NCBI GenBank assembly: GCA_000008885.1
Contig: BA000021.3
Span: 360,001 to 392,000 of the forward strand
DNA length: 32,000 bases
Direction: 5' to 3'
DNA from: Wigglesworthia glossinidia endosymbiont of Glossina brevipalpis
Lineage (GTDB): Bacteria; Pseudomonadota; Gammaproteobacteria; Enterobacterales; Enterobacteriaceae
Positions within the stretch are counted from its first letter, which is position 1; each line of letters starts with the position of its first letter. This document shows, piece after piece, positions 1 to 11,190 of this stretch. The notes under the pieces were generated by a model, which searched no databases, was not told the origin of the DNA, and saw only the letters and a program-made list of their open reading frames with translations. The translations under genes and the position numbers were made by a program.

Positions 1-153
1 ACAAATGATAAACTAACTTGAAATGAAATTCAACTAATTTTAATAAATCTTAAAATAAAAATTTTAAGTAAAAATATAAAAAAATAAAATATTTTTATTA
101 TCAATTTATTTGTCAAGTTTAAAAAACAAATCCATAAACTATTTAGGTATAAC

Positions 154-1338
154 ATGAAAATAATAAAAGTTACAGATTTAAATTTAAAAGACAAAAAAGT
201 GCTTATAAGGTCTGATCTTAATGTTCCTATTAAAAATGGTAAAATTATGTGTAATATGCGAATAATAAAATCTTTAGAAACTATAAATTTCGTAATAAAA
301 AATGAAGCTAAATGTGTTATTGTAGCATCCCACCTTGGGAATCCTATAGAAGAAAAGTACGACTATAATTTTTCTCTAACACACATTGTAAATCATATGA
401 AAAAAATTATAAAATATCCAATAAGATTAATACAAAATTATTTAAACGGTTTTGAAGCAAAAGAAAAAGAAATTATTGTTTTAGAAAACGTAAGATTCAA
501 TCCAGGAGAAAGAAAAAATGACAAAAATTTATCAAAAAAATATGCTAATTTATGTGATATATTAGTCATGGATTCTTTCGGATCTTCTCATAGATCAGAA
601 TCATCAACAACAGGTATTATTAAGTTTGCACCTATTAGTTGCATAGGACTTCTTTTTTTAAAAGAAATAAAATATTTAAAAAAAGCATTATTTAATTCTA
701 AAAGACCAATAGTTACAATTTTTGGAGGATCAAAAATATCAACTAAATTAGGAGTTATAGAAAAATTATCTAACATTTCTGAAAATGTTTTAGTAGGAGG
801 AGGAATAGCAAATACTATTCTTTTTTCTAAAGGACATAATATAGGAAAATCTTTACACGATAAAAATAATATAAGTAAAATTAAAAAATTTTTATATAAA
901 AAAAATATAATAATTCCAAAAGATTTTATAGTTACTGATAATATTAATAAATTTTCTTCGTACAAAGAAAAATCTATAAAAGAAATAAAAAACGAGGATT
1001 ATATAGTTGATATAGGGAAAAAATCCTGCGAATGTTTTATTAAAATTATAAAAAAAGCAAAAACAATATTTTGGAACGGGCCTCTAGGCTTGATAGAGAT
1101 TAAACAATTTAGAAATGGAACTAAAGAAATAGCTAATTCTGTAATTCATAGTTCAGCAAAATCAATAATAGGAGGAGGAGAAACAGTTCTTGCTATGAGA
1201 ATGTTCAATTTTATTGATCGTTTTTCATATATTTCTACAGGAGGAGGAGCATTTTTATCTTTTATAGAAAAACAAGAACTTCCTGTTCTATCAGAATTAA
1301 AAAAATTCAAAAAATATACAAACTTTAAACAAAACTAA
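154..1338 (+). CDS. pgk: phosphoglycerate kinase
   Basis: Full-length 394 aa ORF with PGK motifs (VLIRSDLNVPIKNGKI, VIVASHLGNP, LENVRFNPGE, GGGIANT, ISTGGGAFLSFIE) and followed by class II aldolase as in E. coli. Confidence 0.97.
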   Translation: MKIIKVTDLNLKDKKVLIRSDLNVPIKNGKIMCNMRIIKSLETINFVIKNEAKCVIVASHLGNPIEEKYDYNFSLTHIVNHMKKIIKYPIRLIQNYLNGFEAKEKEIIVLENVRFNPGERKNDKNLSKKYANLCDILVMDSFGSSHRSESSTTGIIKFAPISCIGLLFLKEIKYLKKALFNSKRPIVTIFGGSKISTKLGVIEKLSNISENVLVGGGIANTILFSKGHNIGKSLHDKNNISKIKKFLYKKNIIIPKDFIVTDNINKFSSYKEKSIKEIKNEDYIVDIGKKSCECFIKIIKKAKTIFWNGPLGLIEIKQFRNGTKEIANSVIHSSAKSIIGGGETVLAMRMFNFIDRFSYISTGGGAFLSFIEKQELPVLSELKKFKKYTNFKQN

Positions 1339-1360
1339 ATTTAAAAAAGAGTAAAATTTT

Positions 1361-2431
1361 ATGTCTAACATTTTAGATTCAATAAATACAGGCGTGATTT
1401 ATGGAAAAGATATAGAAAAATTATTTTCTTTTGCTAAAGAAAAAAAATTTGCTATACCAGCAATAAATTGTATTGGTACTGATTCTATAAATGCAGCGTT
1501 AGAGGCCGCATCTATATATAGATCTCCAATTATAATTCAATTTTCTCATGGAGGGTCATCATTTATAGCAGGAAAAAAAATGAATTGCAACAAAGGTGCA
1601 ATTTTAGGAGCGATATCTGGAGCTTTGCATGTTCATAACATATCAAAAGAATACAAAATACCAGTAATATTACATACCGATCATTGTTCTAAAAACATTT
1701 TACCTTGGATAGATGAACTATTAAAAGAAAGTGAAAAAAGATTTTTTAATTTTGGAAAGCCATTATTTTCTTCTCATATGATAGATTTATCTTCAGAACC
1801 ATTGGAAGAAAATATAAAAATTAGTAAAAAATATTTAGAAAAAATGAAAAGATTGAATATTATTCTAGAAATAGAACTAGGGTGTACTGGAGGTGAAGAA
1901 GATGGAATCATAGGGGAAAAAGCAAATGATAATAAATTATACACCAACCCAAAAGATGTTTGTTATGCATATGAAAATTTAACAAAAGTTGGATCAAATT
2001 TCATTGTAGCAGCTTCTTTTGGAAACTGTCACGGAGTATATAATCCAGGAAATGTAAAATTAAAACCTTGTATATTACAGTTGTCTCAAGAATATGTTTC
2101 TAAAAAATTTAGATTAAATAAAAATCCATTAAATCTTGTTTTTCACGGAGGATCAGGATCTTCATATGAAGATATAAAAAAATCTATTGAATATGGAGTA
2201 ATAAAAATGAATATTGATACAGATACACAATGGGCAACATGGAATGGAGTTTTAAATTTTTATAAAAAAAATAAAAATTATCTTAAATCTCAATTGGGAA
2301 ATCCGGAAGGTAAAAATAAACCAAATAAAAAATTTTATGACCCAAGAAATTGGATTAGTCATGCTAAAAATTCTATGATAATAAAATTAAAAAGCATATT
2401 TAAATTATTAAATTCTATAAATGTTTTATAA
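1361..2431 (+). CDS. fbaA: fructose-bisphosphate aldolase, class II
   Basis: 356 aa ORF with class II aldolase motifs (FAIPAINCIGTDSINAALEAA, HTDHCSKNILPWID, ELGCTGGEEDG, FHGGSGSS, MNIDTDTQWATW). Confidence 0.97.
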   Translation: MSNILDSINTGVIYGKDIEKLFSFAKEKKFAIPAINCIGTDSINAALEAASIYRSPIIIQFSHGGSSFIAGKKMNCNKGAILGAISGALHVHNISKEYKIPVILHTDHCSKNILPWIDELLKESEKRFFNFGKPLFSSHMIDLSSEPLEENIKISKKYLEKMKRLNIILEIELGCTGGEEDGIIGEKANDNKLYTNPKDVCYAYENLTKVGSNFIVAASFGNCHGVYNPGNVKLKPCILQLSQEYVSKKFRLNKNPLNLVFHGGSGSSYEDIKKSIEYGVIKMNIDTDTQWATWNGVLNFYKKNKNYLKSQLGNPEGKNKPNKKFYDPRNWISHAKNSMIIKLKSIFKLLNSINVL

Positions 2432-2540
2432 TTTAAATAATTTTTTAATTAATAATTTTGCAATTTTTTTATTTAATCATTAATTAATAAAAAAATTATT
2501 TTTTAATATAATTAACGTTATTTAACATTAATAAATTTAA

Positions 2541-3293
2541 ATGAATATATTATTAAGCAATGATGATGGAATATATTCTCCTGGAATACAAAAGCTATCA
2601 AAAAAATTAAAAAAATTTTTAAACGTACAAGTTATTGCTCCAAGCTGCGACAAAAGTGGATCTTCAAGTTCTTTAACTATTAATAATCCATTAAAAGTGC
2701 ATAAATTTTCTAACGGAGACATAACTGTTTATTCTGGAACTCCAATAGATTGTGTATATCTTGGAATTAATTTTTTCATGAAACCTAAGCCAGATTTTGT
2801 TGTTTCAGGAATTAATTTAGGAGCAAATTTAGGAGATGATGTTTTTTATTCTGGAACTGTAGGAGCAGCTATGGAAGGAAGATATTTGAAATATTCTTCA
2901 TTAGCAATATCTTTAGATGGAAATAAACATTTAGATGTTGCTGTAGAAATAGTATATAAATTTTTAAAATTTTTATTAAATAATCCTTTTAGAAAAAAAT
3001 ATATATTAAATATAAATATACCAGATTCTCCTTTAAAATATATTAAAGGATTTAAAATCACTAAATGTGGAAGAAAAAATTTTAAAAATACTGTAATAAA
3101 ATCAAAAGATTCTGAAAATAAAAATATATTTTGGATAGGACCAAAAACAAATTGTTACAATGAAAGCATAGGAACTGACTTTCATGCTATTAAAAATAAT
3201 TACATTTCAGTTACTCCATTATTATCAAATCTAACTAATAATAAAGAAATTAATTCTATTAGTAATTGGTTTGAAAATTTTTATAAAAGTTAA
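2541..3293 (+). CDS. surE: 5'/3'-nucleotidase SurE
   Basis: 250 aa ORF starting MNILLSNDDGIYSPGI, with APSCDKSGSSSSLT, YSGTPIDCVYLG, VSGINLGANLGDDVFYSGTVGAAMEG. Confidence 0.96.
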   Translation: MNILLSNDDGIYSPGIQKLSKKLKKFLNVQVIAPSCDKSGSSSSLTINNPLKVHKFSNGDITVYSGTPIDCVYLGINFFMKPKPDFVVSGINLGANLGDDVFYSGTVGAAMEGRYLKYSSLAISLDGNKHLDVAVEIVYKFLKFLLNNPFRKKYILNINIPDSPLKYIKGFKITKCGRKNFKNTVIKSKDSENKNIFWIGPKTNCYNESIGTDFHAIKNNYISVTPLLSNLTNNKEINSISNWFENFYKS

Positions 3294-3440
3294 AATTATT
3301 TTTAATAAAATTTACATTTTTTAATTTTATATTTATTTATAAATCATAAAATTTTTTTATTTAAAATACTTATAATAAAATAATAGTATATAATATTTTT
3401 ATAGATATAAATTTGAATTTTATATGAAATAAATTAAATT

Positions 3441-4132
3441 ATGTGCAAAATATATTATAAATTAATAGTTATTTTTTTTATAATAATACAAATTACTTAT
3501 TTTATATTATTTAATATAAATTATAATTATTTGAAAATCAAAAAATCAGTAATATTATATAAAGTTTTGTATTTGTATTATAATAAAAAAAATAATTTTT
3601 TCTTAAATTCATACCAAAAAAAATTATTGTTTTAGAAAAACAAAATAATTTTTATAAATTAATTTCTAAAAATTCTAAAAGTAGAGAAAAAATTTTAAAA
3701 AATTTAATTGAAGAAATTTTTACAGATGAAAAAAAAAATAAGTTATTAAAAAGAAAAAGTTCTAATTTAAAAAAAAACAAAGATTGGGTATTTCCAGTAA
3801 AAGAAAAAACAAAAGTTATTCATTCTGATAAAAGATTAGAAATACATGGAATAAAAGGACAACCAATTTTAGCTTCTCGATCAGGTATAGTTGTGTATTC
3901 TGGAGATAAGATAAAAGGATATGGAAATTTAATAATTTTAAAACATGATAATAATTATTTAAGTATATATGCACATAATGATAATTTATTAGTTTATAAT
4001 AAACAAAAAGTAAAATACGGACAAAAAATAGCTACTATGGGAAATAGTGGAACAAATATAGTTAAATTAAAGTTTGAAATTAGGCACAAAGGAAAATTAA
4101 TAGACCCATTTTTTTTAATTGATAAAAAAAAT
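3441..4132 (+). pseudogene. nlpD: NlpD-like murein hydrolase activator (M23/LytM domain), interrupted by a frameshift
   Basis: An N-terminal ORF (3441..3635) with a hydrophobic anchor is followed in the -1 frame by an ORF open from 3596 to 4132. The latter encodes DWVFPVKEK...GIKGQPILASRSGIVVYSGDKIKGYGNLIILKHDNNYLSIYAHNDNLLVYNKQKVKYGQKIATMGNSGTNIVKLKFEIRHKGKLIDPFFLI, closely resembling the E. coli NlpD C-terminus. It lies directly after surE, as in E. coli minus pcm. No LysM domain is recognisable. Confidence 0.7.
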
Positions 4133-4199
4133 TAATTTTTTTGCAAATTATATAAAAATTATTTTTAATTTTAATTAAATAATATGAATCATATTTTAT

Positions 4200-5336
4200 A
4201 TGAAAATTTTAATTGATAATAATATAATATTTTCTTACTCTTTATTTAAAAAAATTGGAAAAGTAAATCTTATAAATTCGATAGACATAAATGCAAAAAA
4301 TATATCAGGATTTGATGCTTTAATAATTAAATCAAGCACTAATGTAAATGAAAATTTATTAAAAAACAGCAACATAAAATTTATTGGAAGTGCAACTTCT
4401 GGGAAAGATCATGTAGATGTTGATTGGTTGAAAAAAAATAAAATAAATTTTGATTTTGCACCTGGATGTAACTCTGTTGCAGTAGCTGAATATGTTTTTT
4501 CTAGCATGTTATATTTTGCTTATCGTGATAAATTTTCTTTATTAAAAAAAACAGTTGGAATTGTTGGTTTTGGAAATATTGGAAAATGTTTAAACAAAAA
4601 ATTATCTGCAATAGGAGTTAAAACAATATTATGTGATCCTATTCTTGAAGAAAAAAATAACATAAAATTAAAATCTTTAAATGAAATCGTTCAAAATTCA
4701 GATATTATAACTTTACATGTTCCTTTAACTTATTCTGGAAAATATCCTACATGGCATTTAATAAATAAAAAAATACTTCTTGATCTAAAAGATAATTGCA
4801 TATTAATCAATACATCTAGAGGATCTGTAATAGATAATAATTCTTTATTAAATATATTAAAAGAAGGCAAACCAATTAGAGTTGTATTAGATGTATGGGA
4901 GAACGAACCTTTAATTTGTTCTAAATTATTATCATTAATAGATATAGGAACTCCTCATATAGCAGGACATAGTTTAGAAGGAAAAATCAAAGGAACAATT
5001 TCAATATTTAATTCTCTATGTAACTTTGTTGGTAAAAAAAACAAAAAATATTTTATTTCTTCTTTTATAGATCCATATGAAATAGAATATATTTCCATGA
5101 AAGGTAGAATTGACCAATCAAAAATTTATTTGTTGTCTCTTTTATCAAATAATATATTATATGACGACCATGAATTACGTAAAAATTTTAACAAAAAAAA
5201 TTGTTTTGTAAATTTAAGAAATTCTTATAGAAAACGTAGAGAATGGTCTTCTTTATTTATCAAATCTAATAATATATTGTTTTCTAATTTATTAAATAAA
5301 ATAGGATTTAATTCTAAATTTTTTAAAGAAAAATAA
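4200..5336 (+). CDS. pdxB: erythronate-4-phosphate dehydrogenase (pyridoxal 5'-phosphate biosynthesis)
   Basis: 378 aa ORF with SATSGKDHVDVDWL, APGCNSVAVAEYV, VGIVGFGNIGKCL, HVPLTYSGKYPTWHLI, LINTSRGSVIDN, VLDVWENEP, GTPHIAGHSLEGK; sits next to truA as in E. coli. Confidence 0.95.
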   Translation: MKILIDNNIIFSYSLFKKIGKVNLINSIDINAKNISGFDALIIKSSTNVNENLLKNSNIKFIGSATSGKDHVDVDWLKKNKINFDFAPGCNSVAVAEYVFSSMLYFAYRDKFSLLKKTVGIVGFGNIGKCLNKKLSAIGVKTILCDPILEEKNNIKLKSLNEIVQNSDIITLHVPLTYSGKYPTWHLINKKILLDLKDNCILINTSRGSVIDNNSLLNILKEGKPIRVVLDVWENEPLICSKLLSLIDIGTPHIAGHSLEGKIKGTISIFNSLCNFVGKKNKKYFISSFIDPYEIEYISMKGRIDQSKIYLLSLLSNNILYDDHELRKNFNKKNCFVNLRNSYRKRREWSSLFIKSNNILFSNLLNKIGFNSKFFKEK

Positions 5337-5374
5337 ATTTTTAAATTAAGATATTATATTTTTTAAATATATTT

Positions 5375-6169
5375 ATGAAAAAATTAGCTGCAGGAATTTC
5401 TTATCAAGGAAATAATTATTGTGGATGGCAGTCACAAAAAAATATCATTAGCATACAAGAATATGTAGAATTAGCTTTATTTAAATTTTCTGGAGAAAAA
5501 ATAAAAATATATTGTGCGGGCAGAACTGATGCTAAAGTACATGCTTTGTTGCAAGTGGTGCATTTTTATACTGATATAAAAAGATCTTATCGTCAATGGA
5601 TACTAGGAGTAAATAGTTACTTGCCGTATGATATATCCATAATGTGGGTAATAAAAGTACATAATAATTTTCATGCAAGATATAGTGCTATTGCAAAAAA
5701 GTATTTATATTTAATACATAATAATATTAGTAGATCTGGAATATTTAGAAAATATTGCTTTAATGTTTTTATATCATTGAATATTAATGATATGAAAAAA
5801 GCTGCTCAAAAATTAATAGGAAAACATGATTTTTCTTCTTTTAAAGGTAGTGAGTGTCAATCAAAAACAACATATAGAGTAATATATTATATAAGAATAA
5901 ATAAGTATAAAGAATATATTTTCGTAGAAATTAAAGCGAATTCTTTTTTAAATCACATGATGAGAAATATTATAGGAAATTTAATAGAAATTGGAAAAGG
6001 AAAAAAATCAAAAGAATGGATGTCAGAACTATTGTTTCTAAAAAATAATAAATTTTCTATTTTTTCTGCTGATCCTAAAGGTTTATATTTGTCTAATGTA
6101 TATTATCCTTTCTATTTTAATATTCCTAAATTTAATTTTAAATTAAAAAATTTTTTAAAAATTTTTTAA
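5375..6169 (+). CDS. truA: tRNA pseudouridine(38-40) synthase TruA
   Basis: 264 aa ORF: AAGISYQGNNYCGWQSQ, CAGRTDAKVHALLQVVHF (catalytic Asp), HDFSSFKGSECQSKTTYR, NSFLNHMMRNIIGNLIEIGKG. Confidence 0.95.
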   Translation: MKKLAAGISYQGNNYCGWQSQKNIISIQEYVELALFKFSGEKIKIYCAGRTDAKVHALLQVVHFYTDIKRSYRQWILGVNSYLPYDISIMWVIKVHNNFHARYSAIAKKYLYLIHNNISRSGIFRKYCFNVFISLNINDMKKAAQKLIGKHDFSSFKGSECQSKTTYRVIYYIRINKYKEYIFVEIKANSFLNHMMRNIIGNLIEIGKGKKSKEWMSELLFLKNNKFSIFSADPKGLYLSNVYYPFYFNIPKFNFKLKNFLKIF

Positions 6170-6272
6170 TTTAAAATTATTTGTTTTTTTAAAAAATAAA
6201 TCATTTGATTTTTATTAAAAAGGTAGTAATTTCTATATATTAAAAAATTTTAAAAAATTATCAAATAAAAAC

Positions 6273-7133
6273 ATGAGTTGGATAGAAAGAATTTTAAAAA
6301 AAAACACTATAACAAAAAAAACCAATATACCAGAAGGTATATGGGTTAAATGCAATAATTGTAATCAAATGATTTATAAAATAGAACTTGAAAAAAATTT
6401 AGAAGTATGTCCCAAATGTAATTTCCACATGAGAATTTCAGCTAGAAAAAGATTAGAAAAATTTTTAGACAAAAACAATATATTAGAACTTGGAAAAAAT
6501 TTAGAACCAAAAGATATTCTTAAATTTAAAGATACCAAAAAATATAAAGATAGATTATATATAGCGCAAAAATTAACAAAAGAAAAAGATGCTATAATAG
6601 TAATGAAAGGATCGCTATACAAAATGCCAATTGTTGCAGCAGCATTTGAATTTTCATTTATAGGAGGATCTATGTCATCTGTTGTTGGAGAAAGATTTGT
6701 TTTTGGTGTAAATGAATCTATAAAATGTAATTGTCCAATGGTATGTTTTTCTGCTAGCGGAGGAGCAAGAGTACAGGAGGCTCTAATTTCTTTGATGCAA
6801 ATGGCTAAAACTTCAGCTGCGCTAAGCAAGTTGAGAAAAAAAAAAATTCCTTATATTTCCGTAATGACGGATCCCAGCATGGGTGGAGTATCTGCAAGCA
6901 TAGCTATGTTAGGAGATATAAACATTGCAGAACCTAAAGCTTTAATAGGATTTGCAGGACCAAGAGTTATAGAACAAACGGTTAGAGAAAAACTTCCAGA
7001 TAAATTTCAAAAAAGTGAATTCTTAATACAAAAAGGAATTATTGATTTAATTATAAAAAGAAAAAATATGAGGTTTTCTATAGGAAAATTATTAGCAAAA
7101 ATTACTAATAAGCCAGAACCTAAAAAAGAATAA
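6273..7133 (+). CDS. accD: acetyl-CoA carboxylase, carboxyltransferase subunit beta
   Basis: 286 aa ORF with N-terminal zinc-ribbon cysteines ([12 protein letters not shown]...[12 protein letters not shown]) and carboxylase motifs ([63 protein letters not shown]). Confidence 0.97.
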   Translation: MSWIERILKKNTITKKTNIPEGIWVKCNNCNQMIYKIELEKNLEVCPKCNFHMRISARKRLEKFLDKNNILELGKNLEPKDILKFKDTKKYKDRLYIAQKLTKEKDAIIVMKGSLYKMPIVAAAFEFSFIGGSMSSVVGERFVFGVNESIKCNCPMVCFSASGGARVQEALISLMQMAKTSAALSKLRKKKIPYISVMTDPSMGGVSASIAMLGDINIAEPKALIGFAGPRVIEQTVREKLPDKFQKSEFLIQKGIIDLIIKRKNMRFSIGKLLAKITNKPEPKKE

Positions 7134-7170
7134 AAATAAATATTTATGTTAATTATTTCAACGTAAAATA

Positions 7171-8457
7171 ATGAAAAAACTTTTAATTCCTAATACGCAT
7201 TCTTCTATTAAAGATTGGACTAATTATATTTCTAAATTGCATTACAAAGAAATAGATCTAAGATTAGACAGAGTATATTACTTTGCTAAAAGATTAAATT
7301 TATTAAAACCAGCACCAATTACAATTGTTGTTGGAGGAACAAATGGAAAAGGAAGCACATGTAGATTTTTAGAATTAATGTTTATATATAGTAATATAAA
7401 AGTAGGAGTATATAGTTCACCACACTTGATTAATTATAATGAACGAATTAGACTTCATGGAAATGAAGTTTCAGACGAGGAATGTATTAATGCAATGAAT
7501 TTTATTAATAAAATAATAAAAAAAACATCTATCAGTTATTTTGAATTTAGCACGTTAGTAGCTTTATTAATATTTAAAAGTAAAAAACTTGATGTTGTTA
7601 TTCTAGAAGTAGGATTAGGAGGTAGATTAGATGCCACAAATGTAGTAGATATAGATATATCTGTAGTTACAAATGTCTCAATAGATCATACTGAATTTTT
7701 AGGAAAAAATTGTTCTGAAATAGCAAAAGAAAAATCTGGAATTTTTAGATATAAAAAATTGTCTATATTTGGTGGATTTAACAATCTTTTAAATTTTAAA
7801 TCAGCTTCTGAATATTATAAATCAATACCATATTTTTTGAATGTTCATTGGTTTTATAAAAAAAATAAAAAATATTGGATGTGGAGTAATAAAACTAATA
7901 ATATATTTCTTCCATATCCTATTCTCAATATAGAGAATGCAGCTACAGCATTAGCTGTGATAAAATCTCTACCTTTTACAATACCTTACCAATCTATATT
8001 TAAAGGATTAAAAACAGCGACTCTACCTGGAAGGTTTCAAATAATTAATAAAAAACCATTTATTATATTAGATGTAGCACATAATCCTAGTTCTGCTAAA
8101 CATTTAGCAAAAAAAATTAAAAGAATAAAAAAAAATTTTTCTATTATTTATGCAATCATAGGAATGTTGTCAGATAAAGATATAAAAAACACATTAAAAT
8201 ATTTTATTAAAATCATTGATATATGGAACTGTGCTTCTTTATCAGAATTTCCAAGAGGAGCAAGCTGTGAAGAAATATCAATTTTTTTAAATAAAAATAA
8301 AGAAAAAAACAATGTAAAAAATTTTAAAAATGTTATAAGTGCTTTTAAATACGTTATAAACATTGCTACAAAAAAAGATTGTATATTAATATTTGGATCA
8401 TTTTATACAATATCTTATATTCTTAAAAATAAAAAAAATATTTATTATAAAATATAA
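7171..8457 (+). CDS. folC: bifunctional dihydrofolate/folylpolyglutamate synthase
   Basis: 428 aa ORF with VGGTNGKGSTCRFLE, GVYSSPHLINYNERIRL, EVGLGGRLDATNVVD, ITNVSIDHTEFLG-type motif, LPGRFQII, LDVAHNPSSAKHL; conserved accD-folC order. Confidence 0.95.
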   Translation: MKKLLIPNTHSSIKDWTNYISKLHYKEIDLRLDRVYYFAKRLNLLKPAPITIVVGGTNGKGSTCRFLELMFIYSNIKVGVYSSPHLINYNERIRLHGNEVSDEECINAMNFINKIIKKTSISYFEFSTLVALLIFKSKKLDVVILEVGLGGRLDATNVVDIDISVVTNVSIDHTEFLGKNCSEIAKEKSGIFRYKKLSIFGGFNNLLNFKSASEYYKSIPYFLNVHWFYKKNKKYWMWSNKTNNIFLPYPILNIENAATALAVIKSLPFTIPYQSIFKGLKTATLPGRFQIINKKPFIILDVAHNPSSAKHLAKKIKRIKKNFSIIYAIIGMLSDKDIKNTLKYFIKIIDIWNCASLSEFPRGASCEEISIFLNKNKEKNNVKNFKNVISAFKYVINIATKKDCILIFGSFYTISYILKNKKNIYYKI

Positions 8458-8537
8458 TAAAATAAATAATAAATATTTTGTTTTAAATTTAAAAAATTAA
8501 ATTATATTTAATAATTTATTTGTAAAAGGAGATATAC

Positions 8538-9026
8538 ATGATTGCTACCGATTATTTTATCGCTAGCATTATAATTTTTTCTGCTTTAATAGGTTTAATA
8601 AGAGGTTTGATTAGTGAAATATTTTCTTTAGTTATTTGGATAACTGCAATATTTCTTTCTAGCAAATATTATCATTTTTTTTCTAATTTCTTTACTTTTT
8701 TTGAAGAGAAATACATAAGAAATATAATTTCTATGTTTTTTATTTTCTTATTGGTATTAATTGTTGGAACAATAACTAATAATTATTTAAATAATTTTAC
8801 TAATAAAATTGGGTTATCTTTATTAAATAAATTTTTAGGAATGTGCTTTGGAGTGTTACGTGGTATTTTAATTATCTCAATTTTAATATTTATATTAAAA
8901 AAATTTACAAATTACACAAATAGTATGCATTGGATTAATTCAAAATTAATTCCCTATTTTGATTATATAATTATATGGATAATTAAAATTATAGAAAAAA
9001 TAATAAACATGTATAAAAATATTTAA
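8538..9026 (+). CDS. cvpA: CvpA family inner-membrane protein
   Basis: 162 aa hydrophobic ORF with a CvpA-like N-terminus (ASIIIFSALIGLIRGLISEIFSLVIWITAIFLS), a strong SD (aaaggagatatacATG), and position immediately upstream of purF. Confidence 0.88.
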   Translation: MIATDYFIASIIIFSALIGLIRGLISEIFSLVIWITAIFLSSKYYHFFSNFFTFFEEKYIRNIISMFFIFLLVLIVGTITNNYLNNFTNKIGLSLLNKFLGMCFGVLRGILIISILIFILKKFTNYTNSMHWINSKLIPYFDYIIIWIIKIIEKIINMYKNI

Positions 9027-9053
9027 AACTTAATTTTTATAAGGAAGCGCGCA

Positions 9054-10466
9054 ATGTGCGGTGTTATTGGAATTTCTGGGGTTAATTCAATTTCTCAATC
9101 TATTTATGATGCTTTAACAGTTTTGCAGCATCGTGGGCAAGATTCCGCTGGAATTACAACGATAGATAAGTTTAATTGTTTTCGTGTGCATAAATCTAGT
9201 GGATTAGTGAAAGATGTTTTTAAACCAAATGATATAAAATATTTAAAAGGTAAAATGGGAATTGGTCATGTACGTTATCCCACTACCAGAGAAAAAAATA
9301 TATATGAAGCCCAACCACTATATGTAAACTCTCCTTTTGGAATTACTTTAGCTCACAATGGTAATATAATAAATACAAAATTTTTAAAAAAACAATTGTT
9401 CGAAACTCAGAGAAGGCATATAAATACAAATTCAGATTCTGAAATTTTATTAAATATTTTTGCATCTGAATTAAATCAATTCCATAATTATCCTTTGCAT
9501 TATGAAAATATTTTTTCAGCAATAAAAAATACACATAAAAGAGTAAAAGGAGCATATTCTTGTGTAGGAATGATTATAGGACATGGGTTATTTGCATTTA
9601 GAGACCCTTATGGAATTAGACCATTAGTATTAGGGGAACGTACTCTTTCATGCAAAAAAGAGTACATAATAGCATCTGAAACAGTTGCTTTAGATATATT
9701 AGGATTTAAACATTTACGTGATGTTGCTCCAGGAGAGGGGGTGTTATTAACTAACAGTGGAAAGCTTTTGACCAAGCAGTGTTCTTTAACTTCAAACTAT
9801 TGCCCTTGTTTATTTGAATATATTTATTTTTCTAGACCAGATTCTATTATAGACAAGATATCTGTTTACACAGCTAGAATGAAAATGGGACAAATTTTAG
9901 GAAAAAAAATATCTAGAGAATGGAAAAATTTGAATATTGATGCTGTAATTCCTATACCAGAAACATCTTGTGATGTAGCATTAGAAATAGCTCGAATATT
10001 AAAAATACCATATAGGCAAGGATTTGTGAAAAATAGATATGTCGGAAGAACATTTATAATGTCTAATCCAAGCATTAGAAAAAAATCAATAAGATATAAA
10101 TTTAATGTAAATAAAGCTGAATTTTACAAAAAACAAGTACTCTTGGTAGATGATTCGATTGTAAGAGGAAATACATCTAAGCAAATTGTAGAAATGGCAA
10201 GAGATGCAGGTGCAAATAGCGTATATTTAGCATCAGCTTCTCCGGAAATTAGATTTCCCAACATATATGGAATTGATATACCAGATTCAGAAGAACTAAT
10301 AGCACATCAAAAATCATTAAATGATATAAGAATATCGATTAAAGCTGATGCTTTAATTTTTCAAAATCTTAATGATTTAGAAAAATCCCTTAAAAAATTT
10401 AATCCAAAAATAAAAAATTTTGAATCGTCCATATTTAATGGAATATATCCAACTTCTTTAATATAA
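9054..10466 (+). CDS. purF: amidophosphoribosyltransferase
   Basis: 470 aa ORF starting with Cys-nucleophile MCGVIGISG; [57 protein letters not shown]. Confidence 0.97.
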   Translation: MCGVIGISGVNSISQSIYDALTVLQHRGQDSAGITTIDKFNCFRVHKSSGLVKDVFKPNDIKYLKGKMGIGHVRYPTTREKNIYEAQPLYVNSPFGITLAHNGNIINTKFLKKQLFETQRRHINTNSDSEILLNIFASELNQFHNYPLHYENIFSAIKNTHKRVKGAYSCVGMIIGHGLFAFRDPYGIRPLVLGERTLSCKKEYIIASETVALDILGFKHLRDVAPGEGVLLTNSGKLLTKQCSLTSNYCPCLFEYIYFSRPDSIIDKISVYTARMKMGQILGKKISREWKNLNIDAVIPIPETSCDVALEIARILKIPYRQGFVKNRYVGRTFIMSNPSIRKKSIRYKFNVNKAEFYKKQVLLVDDSIVRGNTSKQIVEMARDAGANSVYLASASPEIRFPNIYGIDIPDSEELIAHQKSLNDIRISIKADALIFQNLNDLEKSLKKFNPKIKNFESSIFNGIYPTSLI

Positions 10467-10488
10467 TTAATTTTATATTATTAATTTA

Positions 10489-10506
10489 TTATCATTTATA
10501 TGATAA
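10489..10506 (+). terminator. possible weak terminator-like hairpin after purF
   Basis: Perfect 7-bp stem TTATCAT-TTAT-ATGATAA between purF and ubiX, followed by an A/T run. The AT-only background makes chance occurrence likely. Confidence 0.25.
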
Positions 10507-10538
10507 AATTATTTTCTAAAAATTTTTATATTTAAAAT

Positions 10539-11120
10539 ATGAAAAATTTAATAATTGGAATTAGTGGAGCAAGTGGAGTAATATATGGAATAAGATTATT
10601 GAAAATATTGAAAGAATTAAATTCTGTAATAACTCATTTAATTATAAGTGATTCAGCAAAAAAAACTTTATCTTTAGAAACAAATTTATCTTTAAATAAC
10701 ATTTATAATATGTCAAATGTTATACATAATATCAATGATATTTCTGATAATATAAGTTCTGGATCATACAAAACTATAGGGATGATAATTTTACCTTGTT
10801 CAATAAAAACTTTGTCTGGAATAGTAAATAGTTATAATGATAATTTATTAATTAGAGCAGCAGATGTAGTATTAAAAGAAAAAAGAAAATTATTATTAGG
10901 AGTAAGAGAAACTCCATTGCATATAGGACACTTAAGACTTATGACTTTAGCTTCGGAAATGGGAGCGATTATTATGCCTCCAATGCCAGCTTTTTATTAT
11001 AATCCTAAAAATATTGATGATATCATAAATCATACCGTAGGAAGATTTTTGGATAAATTTAATTTTAATATCTCAAATAAAATACTAAAAAGATGGAATG
11101 GTGGTGTTAATAAAAAATAA
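10539..11120 (+). CDS. ubiX: flavin prenyltransferase UbiX
   Basis: 193 aa ORF: NLIIGISGASGVIYGIRLL, SGSYKTIGMIILPCSIKTLSGIVNSYNDNLLIRAADVVLKEKRKLLLGVRETPLHIGHLRLM; follows purF as in E. coli. Confidence 0.95.
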   Translation: MKNLIIGISGASGVIYGIRLLKILKELNSVITHLIISDSAKKTLSLETNLSLNNIYNMSNVIHNINDISDNISSGSYKTIGMIILPCSIKTLSGIVNSYNDNLLIRAADVVLKEKRKLLLGVRETPLHIGHLRLMTLASEMGAIIMPPMPAFYYNPKNIDDIINHTVGRFLDKFNFNISNKILKRWNGGVNKK

Positions 11121-11190
11121 AATTTTTATTTTTTAATAAAAAAAATAATAATAAACAAAAAATTTATATTTTATTTATTATTATTTTTAA

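Noticed and set aside
588-965. Antisense ORF (125 aa) inside pgk
   Set aside because: Long antisense ORF from compositional bias opposite a well-conserved gene; no recognisable domain.
3585-3592. A8 tract at 3585-3592 as the nlpD frameshift site
   Set aside because: Switching to the M23 frame here would immediately hit the in-frame TAA at 3593-3595. The switch must occur between 3596 and 3632, so the A8 tract at 3616-3623 is the better candidate.
6374-6829. Antisense ORF (151 aa) inside accD
   Set aside because: Mirrors conserved accD codons and has no independent evidence or family resemblance.
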